A DNA stretch of 64,000 bases, taken from the human T2T-CHM13v2.0 reference genome, Homo sapiens. Every line of letters starts with the position of its first letter. Within the stretch, counting starts at the first letter, position 1. This document shows positions 56,132 through 64,000 of the stretch, piece by piece. Below the pieces are notes generated by a model. That model had not been told where the DNA came from, did not search any database, and was given only the letters and a program-made list of their open reading frames with translations. The position numbers and the translations under genes were made by a program. The stretch is taken from NCBI RefSeq assembly GCF_009914755.1, contig NC_060944.1. One strand, 5' to 3'.

Positions 56132-56799
56132 CTGAATTCATGGCAATATGTGGTTGTGCATTTACCAGGGGCCACCAGCCTGGGATGGCCTGAAGGCTGG
56201 GCCTGGGCCTTGTGTCTTTCTCTGGCCCCAGAATCTAGCAAAGGGCCTGGTTAGCAGGTGACCTTCAATGTCTGTTTATTAATTACTGAATGAATGGGAG
56301 AAGGGAATTACTTGTCCAGGGTCACATAGCCAGAAAAAGGATAGAGCTGGGACTTGAACCTGGGCCTCTGACTCTAAGCCCAGTTCTTCCTGCACCCGCC
56401 TGGCTGAGTATGAGTATGGGGTGAATCTTTGTTGTCCGCTGAGTAGGGACCTAAGCTGTGGACGATTGAAAGATGCTCTGGGGTGCTCACCGTCTAGGAG
56501 TGGCGGGCAGGGAACAGTGGCCGTGATTTCAGCTTGGTGTCAACCCGGCTTTCCCTGGGGCTGTTATTTCGGCTTCACCACCTCTGTGCCAGGCGAGAGC
56601 TGACGTGGGCAGCTCAGTGACATGTGGAGCATCCCCAAGAACATCACGATGGCCAGCCCCTTGCAGCACTGCTCATGCCCATGGGGCCAGATGCTTCACC
56701 TTGGCCTTTGGAGGTCAAGAACCACACCTTATTTGACCTTGTATCCTCTCAGTGAACTTTTCCTAAAGGAATGGGTGAATTATTTATAACTGTCATGTA

Positions 56800-57040
56800 A
56801 CATTTATTTAGCAGTTACTATGGAACTGGCACCTACTTAAACCCTTTCTATTTATAATCTCACTTAATCCTTGACCCTGAGAAGGAGGTACTGTTATTGT
56901 TGCCATTTTACAGATGAGAAAACAGAGGCACAGAGGGGTGAATGACTTGGCTACACAGTTATCAAAATGATGGTGCCAGGAATTGAACCCAGGCAGCCCG
57001 ACTCCCCAGCCTGGGCTCTCCATATCTAGCCCATGTAGCC
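56800..57040 (-). mobile_element. MIR
   Basis: ccattttacagatgagaaaacagaggcacagaggggtgaatgacttgg ... ttgaacccaggcag. Confidence 0.78.
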
Positions 57041-58225
57041 TTCCAAAATGAATGAGTGAATGAGCAAGGCAGTGAGCGGGACAAGATGGAGACCCACTTT
57101 ATCTGCCCAGCTCTGAGTTGAGCTATTCATATTCATAAATAATCTCAACATGAAGTGTGAGGCACTTGCAGCTTGGAACAAGAAATGGAAGAAGTGCTGA
57201 GCTCAGGGGACTGTCCCGGCACCGAAGGCTTCCTGGAGGGGGTAGCCTTGGGGGCCAGAGGACAGTGGGAAAGCCTGAGAGGAAGAAATTTCATATGTGC
57301 ATGGACCTCCCTGTTCAGACCTGATCACCACCCCTTGCACTGAAATTCATAAAACAATTTGTGATGTTTTATGGTTGCTCAGCTGCCCTCTGGTACCCAC
57401 CCTTTCCATCCCCTGCTGGGCTCCTAATCAGAGCACTCGAGGCTGAGTGCAAGGGCCAGGTGTTTAACTTCCACTCCAGGCAGCATGCCAAGCCTAACAG
57501 GGTATGAACTCTGAGAGCTGCTCCTGAGTCATGAGGGAGAATTAAGGGAAAATCGCAGCGACATTCGTCAGCTGCAGCCTCGATATTACTGGGTGTAATG
57601 GCTCTTTCCTCCGAGTGCATATTCAGGACCATGTTTGGGAAAATGAGCTTTTAATGTACCGTCGGCATTGCTGAGAAGCCATCTTTGGCTCCGCAGAATG
57701 TCTGGAGCACATAAAACTTGAGATTTATTGGAGTCATTTTCCCCCTGCTCTGCCTGGATAATAAAAAGTCAGTCTCATGAGCTCTCTTTCTCTCATCTTG
57801 TGGCTTTGTCCATTTAGAACTCGGAGCCTTTATAAAAGGCAGCAAGACAAATACAGCTCATCTAAATATTAAAGCTCCAGGAGAGAGTGTCGGGGCACTA
57901 TGGAAGACTGGAGGCTGGGAGCGTTTCCAGGACAAGCGCGCCCCATCAGAGATTTAAGCTCAGCAGCTGTGTTGGGCTGGGGCCCGGGCTATGGTGGTGG
58001 CAGCTGCTTGCCCAAGCAGTAGCACTTAACTGGGAGTCTGGGGTCCTGGGTGCCTGTTCTACCCCAGTGGGTGACCTTGGGTGAATTACTGTCTCTCTCA
58101 GAGCCTCAAGTAAGATGGAGCTGATGCTGTCTACTCCACAGAGTGTGAGAATCAAACGTGCCAATGAATATTTCTGATGCTTTGCTTCATGTGTGGCATG
58201 TAGCAGGTGTCTGAAAAAGGTTTGT

Positions 58226-58283
58226 TGACTGACTGACTGACTGACTGACTGACTGAAAAATGAATGAATGAATGAATGAATGA
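58226..58283 (+). repeat. Compound (TGAC)n(TGAA)n tetranucleotide repeat at an L2-like tail
   Basis: tgactgactgact...gaaaaatgaatgaatgaa. Confidence 0.9.
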
Positions 58284-59457
58284 AAAATAAATGCCTCTGT
58301 AAACACCTCAAACATCATTTTTGGAGACTAAGTTACATGGGGACCCTATAGCATCTTCTGTCTTACACAGCAGTCTGCTTCATATCTTCTAACCCTCCTG
58401 TTGACTTTAAGGGAGATAGAATTCTGCTCATTTACAGATGTGTTCCCAAGACCTAAAGGGAAGGTGGCTTGTCCAAAGACACACAGCTAGGAAGTGGTGA
58501 AGACAGGATGGGACCCTGATTCTTTTGACCCCAAGTGCTTTATGTCCTCAACACAAAAACATCCCTCACCCTATCCTTGGCCCAGGCCTCTGAGCTGGGA
58601 TGGTGGGCAAAGGTGGGACCCTTGCCCCTGTCTCCCTATCGAGTGTGGGTGTTGGTCAAAGCTCTCAGCTGAGACAGGGTTAGGAGGGCAAAAGTGTTGG
58701 TTTAATGGCTCTGTCTCCAAACTCCTGGTAGCAAGGAAAAAGGGAAGGAATATCAGGTGAGTAGTCAGAACCTGTCATAGGGTGTGTGTGTTGGGCAGAG
58801 CTGTGGGACTGGGATGCTGGAGCCCTGAGGAATCTCTAACTAACTAACTAAGCATGGTTAGTTCTTCCTGTCATCCCGGAAACTGATAACAAGACCGCGA
58901 GTCAGGAAGCCTGGGTTTAACTTCCTGTCTCTGCCACCACTAAGAGATTGTGGGAGACAAGTCACTTTCCTTCCGGCCTCACTTTCTTCACCTGTTGAAT
59001 GGACAAAACCTAAATCACCCCAGGGAGTTGTGGAAAGGATCAAGGGAGAGGGGGCTTCTAAAGCATTTCATGAATGAGCTCCTCAAGAGATTCAAGTCTC
59101 TGGAGGGTGTGGATCACAGCCAGCTCAGGAGAGCCCCGGGATTAGGAGGTAGGGCTCCAAGGTCAGGCAGCATCAGCTGCACATGTAACCAGCTGTGCGA
59201 CCTCAGCCAAGCTGTTTAACCTCTCTGTGCCACAGTTTCCTCCCAGGGTTGTTGTGAAGAGTAAATGAGACATTAGAGATGCTATCTGGAGCCGCGCTAG
59301 AGGGAGGTCTGCCTGGTCCCACAGGCAGCACTGCAGCGTGGATTAGGCCACGGAGTTGCTGGCATTTGTTCCCCAGTGTGAACTGTGAATCAGTCATGGG
59401 TCACAGGCCAGAAGTAGGTGGAGCTCCTGCATAACTTCCTACGTAAGACGGCCCCCC

Positions 59458-59633
59458 AAGGGAGGGAGAGCATTAGGACAAATACCTAATGCATGCGGGG
59501 CTCAAAACCTAGATGACAGGTTGATAGGTGCAGCAAACCACCATGGCACATGTATACCTATGTAACAAACCTGCACGTTCTGCACATATAACCCGGAACT
59601 TAAAGTAAAATTAAAAATAAAAATAAAAATAAA
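59458..59633 (+). mobile_element. Short L1PA (L1PA7/8-like) 3' end
   Basis: gggagggagagcattaggacaaatacctaatgcatgcgggg ... cacatgtatacctatgtaacaaacctgcacgtt; TSD aagacggcccc / aagatggcccc. Confidence 0.92.
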
Positions 59634-59734
59634 AAGATGGCCCCTCTTGGCCAAGGGCAGTTCTCGAGAAAGGGGCAGGTGTGTGCCTTTGGCAGCCACA
59701 CTCCCAGCAGGGGATCCAGCAAGACAGACTACTG

Positions 59735-59900
59735 CTGAGCTGCTTCTGGAAACGTGATCCTAAGGCCAGCAGCAGCAGCATTGCCTGGGGACCTGTTAGA
59801 GATGCAGATTCTCAGGCCCCTCCCTAGACCTGGTGACTGGGAGACTCGGCTGGGCCCAGCAGCCCATGCCTAACCACGCCTCCAGGGGCTTCTAATGCCA
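59735..59900. mobile_element. MER5A
   Basis: ccagcagcagcagcattgcctggggacctgttagagatgcagattctcaggcccctccctagacct. Confidence 0.72.
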
Positions 59901-60783
59901 GCCCAGAACACTAGGCTGTGGTCATCCTCAGTTGAGCCCTGAATTCTCAGTTGTTTTAGGACACATAGGATGCACTTGTGTTTCTGTTTGCCTTGAGGAT
60001 TTCATCACACTCAGGATGGTTGCAGACTTTTTCCCCCCAGAGGAACTCGAGGACCGACACCTCTGCCTGTGGTTCCTGGTTCTTTCCTACCCTGTGCACC
60101 TCCCATTGGGACAGGCCTTGAAGCGGACCCTCTGGCATGATGACAGTCCCAGCCTGTGATCAGAAAGACTCTAGGTTTTCCTGAATCGCACGACGCCTCA
60201 TCCTGGGGTGCTTCATGGGCAATTGTGCACCAAGGGCCTAAGAAGAACCAGGAACAAAATGCAACAGGGAAAAGAAAGGGGGCCTAGGACAGGGGAGGTA
60301 TCAGGGACGTCTTGTGACCAGAACGCAAAATTCCTCCCACTGCTTATGGGGGAGAGGGGTGTGCATATGCCGGGGAAGGGATGGATCAGCAAAGCCCATT
60401 CTTTGAGATCATAGGAGGACAGAGTGTGAGCAGGTAGACAGACTCAGACATTTGCAGCACTGGTAGCAACTGGCCCGGGAGAACTGGACCTTCGTCAGAA
60501 GCACAGGGTAACAGCAAATTATGGGGCCGTAAGCCGAGATTCTAAGACTGAAGGATCAGCCTGAGATGGTCGCTACCCCATCCCACAGGACTCCTCTTCT
60601 CCTTTGGGAGCCCCAGACCTGAGGCCCCTGTCCCTGTGCACACAAGACCCCCAACCACTCCCTTTTTGTCTGCCTTGTGAACTTGACACCTTCTTACCTT
60701 CTGCTTCTGTATCCCTCCTCTGAGAAGCAGATTAACTCTAGCCAGTACATTGGCTGTGCCCTGCATGCTTCCACTAGGTCGAC

Positions 60784-61085
<302 letters not shown>

Positions 61086-62067
61086 TGACTTTGATCACAC
61101 TAAACCAGAACTGTACCTTCCCATAACCCACTGCAAAATGAATTCCAGATGTGGTAGGGAGCAGGCTCACTTTGCCCTTAGCACGTGGCGGAAGGCCCGT
61201 CACCCACACATGCGTCCACAGCACAAGTGAGCAATGGCCGGCCGATGACGCTGGAGACAAAACTGTCCTTCGGGAACAGCCCCTTAACCGGGACTCTCCT
61301 TGTCTTCTCTGTGCCCATGGCCCTGCTGAGAGGGGGGTCAGCACATTGCCAGAATTAATGTCACTGGCCTTGGACTTGGAGAGAACTGGATTTTGAGTTT
61401 CTCCAGCTACATGCGTGTTGAGGAAGTTACCCAGGCCCTCTGAACTTTAGTGTTTTTTTTTGTGTGTGTAAAATAGATGTATTATTCATTCTTACCTTGT
61501 GGGTTGCTTTGAAAATCAGATGCTGTCATGATTATAAAGTACTCAGCATGGGAGCCATGGCAATGCTATTATTTGTCTCTAAGCACTTTACGTGTGAGCT
61601 GTCTCTTTTTCTTCCCTGCCAACCACATAGAGGGCTCTGTATCCTTTCTGGTTCCCCCAGGAAGTCCACCTTCCCAAGCATTGGTGAACTGACAGTGGAT
61701 ACCCACATGGTCTCACAGGGGTACCTGGCACAAACAGTTTACTCATTTTTGCAGTTCCATGCCTTATTGTGGCCACAGTCACTGTCAGCCTGTGAGTGTA
61801 TCCCTGCCCTGTGGCATGTTCCATGCCTGGTTCTTCTCTCGGTTCTGTCTGTCACACTGTGAGCCCCTCAGCCCTGGCATCTCCCCTATACTTACCTCTG
61901 TGCCCATGAAACCAAAGCTCCTCCATGGGCAGGACCTGCCTTCGTTAGAAATTAGCTTAGTGACCCCTGAGTGGGGTGTCCTTGGGATCCACCCTCCACC
62001 CCAAGCAGGTCCTCAGTGTGTTTCTATCAAACAGGTACAATTTTTCTCCCAGAGACAGATTCTAGTT

Positions 62068-62945
<878 letters not shown>

Positions 62946-63162
62946 ACAGCTCTGCTTCTCATGCAGGACAGTGAGCAGCACCTCCACGTCCCGTGGGCCC
63001 TCACTTCTGCAGGGAAACTTAACAAATGACAACCTCATTGCTGCCTCTGGTCTTGGGGCTGCCACCAGCACTCACCCCCTTCCCTCCTTCCTCAGCCACA
63101 TCCCCTCTCCCTTAGCCCGTCCCCTCTCTGATCCGGTGGTGGCTTTTTATAAGATAGCTTTA

Positions 63163-63303
63163 TCATACTTCTGTATTGAGGTTCCACTATCTTTATAAGA
63201 TGACTATTACACTGAGTTCTCCTGAGTAATCTACTACACTGAGATCTCATACTTCTGTATTGAGGTTATACCATCTTCCTAAGATGATTATTACATTGAG
63301 CTC
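63163..63303 (+). repeat. Imperfect tandem duplication, period ~84 bp
   Basis: tcatacttctgtattgaggtt at 63163 and 63247, each followed by taagatga.tattaca.tgag. Confidence 0.8.
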
Positions 63304-63924
63304 TATACGGTTATTACCATGGAGTTGTATATAGTATTACCTTATCTCTTTTATGGTCTTCGTATCTATAATTACACCCTGATTCATAATGCTAAAGTCA
63401 TATATTGGTGGTTTCTCCCTCTCTTTTCTGTTCACCTTTACCCGGGGTTTATCCATCTTATTGCTTTATCTACATTGTTTTATTCATTTTATTCAGAGGA
63501 CTAAGCATCAGAGTTGTGTTCCAATTCTCTTACTTTTCTTTCTCTTAATGTTTTCCCTCTTTATGTTTATGAATCCCTTCTTTCTTTTTGTAGATGTTTA
63601 CATTTTTTATTTTGAATTCTTTAGTTCATTTACTTTTATTGTTTATTGTTTAATAATAAAAAGTTTATGGCTGTACATTTTTTCTTAGTATGGCTTTGGC
63701 TGCATCTATAAATTTTGAAATGAAGTCTTCTTACATCTTTTACTTTCTTCCCAAAGCATAGCTTTGTGGATTTGATTTTTAAAAAATGGCACATGTTCAC
63801 TGTGAAAAAAAAATTAAACCAACAAATACAAAGAAGTAAAAATTGTTAAAACTGCACCATCCACAAATAATCATTATTAACCCAACCATTTACTAAGTAT
63901 CTTTTCAGTCTTATCTTTGTGCAT

Positions 63925-64000
63925 TATACACAAAGATAATATATACAATAATATATACAATATACAAAGATATACAATATACAAAGATAATATACACAAT
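63925..64000 (+). repeat. AT-rich ATATACA/AAAGAT simple repeat running off the window end
   Basis: acaaagataatatatacaataatatatacaatatacaaagatatac... Confidence 0.75.

Overview
Human/hominoid genomic DNA from inside the TOX2 gene (TOX high-mobility-group box family member 2, chr20q13.12), transcribed on the + strand. Only two coding exons are present: 12533-12598 (66 nt, FDGDSAYVGMSDGNPELLSTSQ) and 45692-45937 (246 nt, TYNGQSENNEDYEIPPITPP...LLSGQLPT). Both are phase 0-0 with canonical AG/GT ends, and they are separated by a 33,093-nt intron. The first exon and the HMG-box exons lie outside the window. The rest is intron: about 17 Alu/FLAM copies, L1/L2/MIR fragments, MaLR and ERVL solo LTRs, hAT MITEs, a 7SL (SRP RNA) retropseudogene, a piggyBac MER85 MITE, micro- and minisatellites, and several repeat-free blocks that look like enhancers. 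Nearly all ORFs in the supplied track are spurious. I see no evidence of a wholly new gene system. The best leads are: (i) exon 3 lies between inverted Alu/7SL sequences and would give a stop-free circular ORF if back-spliced; (ii) an ~85%-identical local inverted duplication spanning an L2/MER58A junction; (iii) a MER85 element, a family bound by CSB-PGBD3; (iv) a 31-bp hairpin minisatellite with 4-unit higher-order structure after exon 2; (v) candidate CTCF and RFX sites; (vi) several nested or atypical retro-insertions. Repeat subfamily names come from remembered consensus sequences, and repeat boundaries are approximate unless a TSD fixes them.
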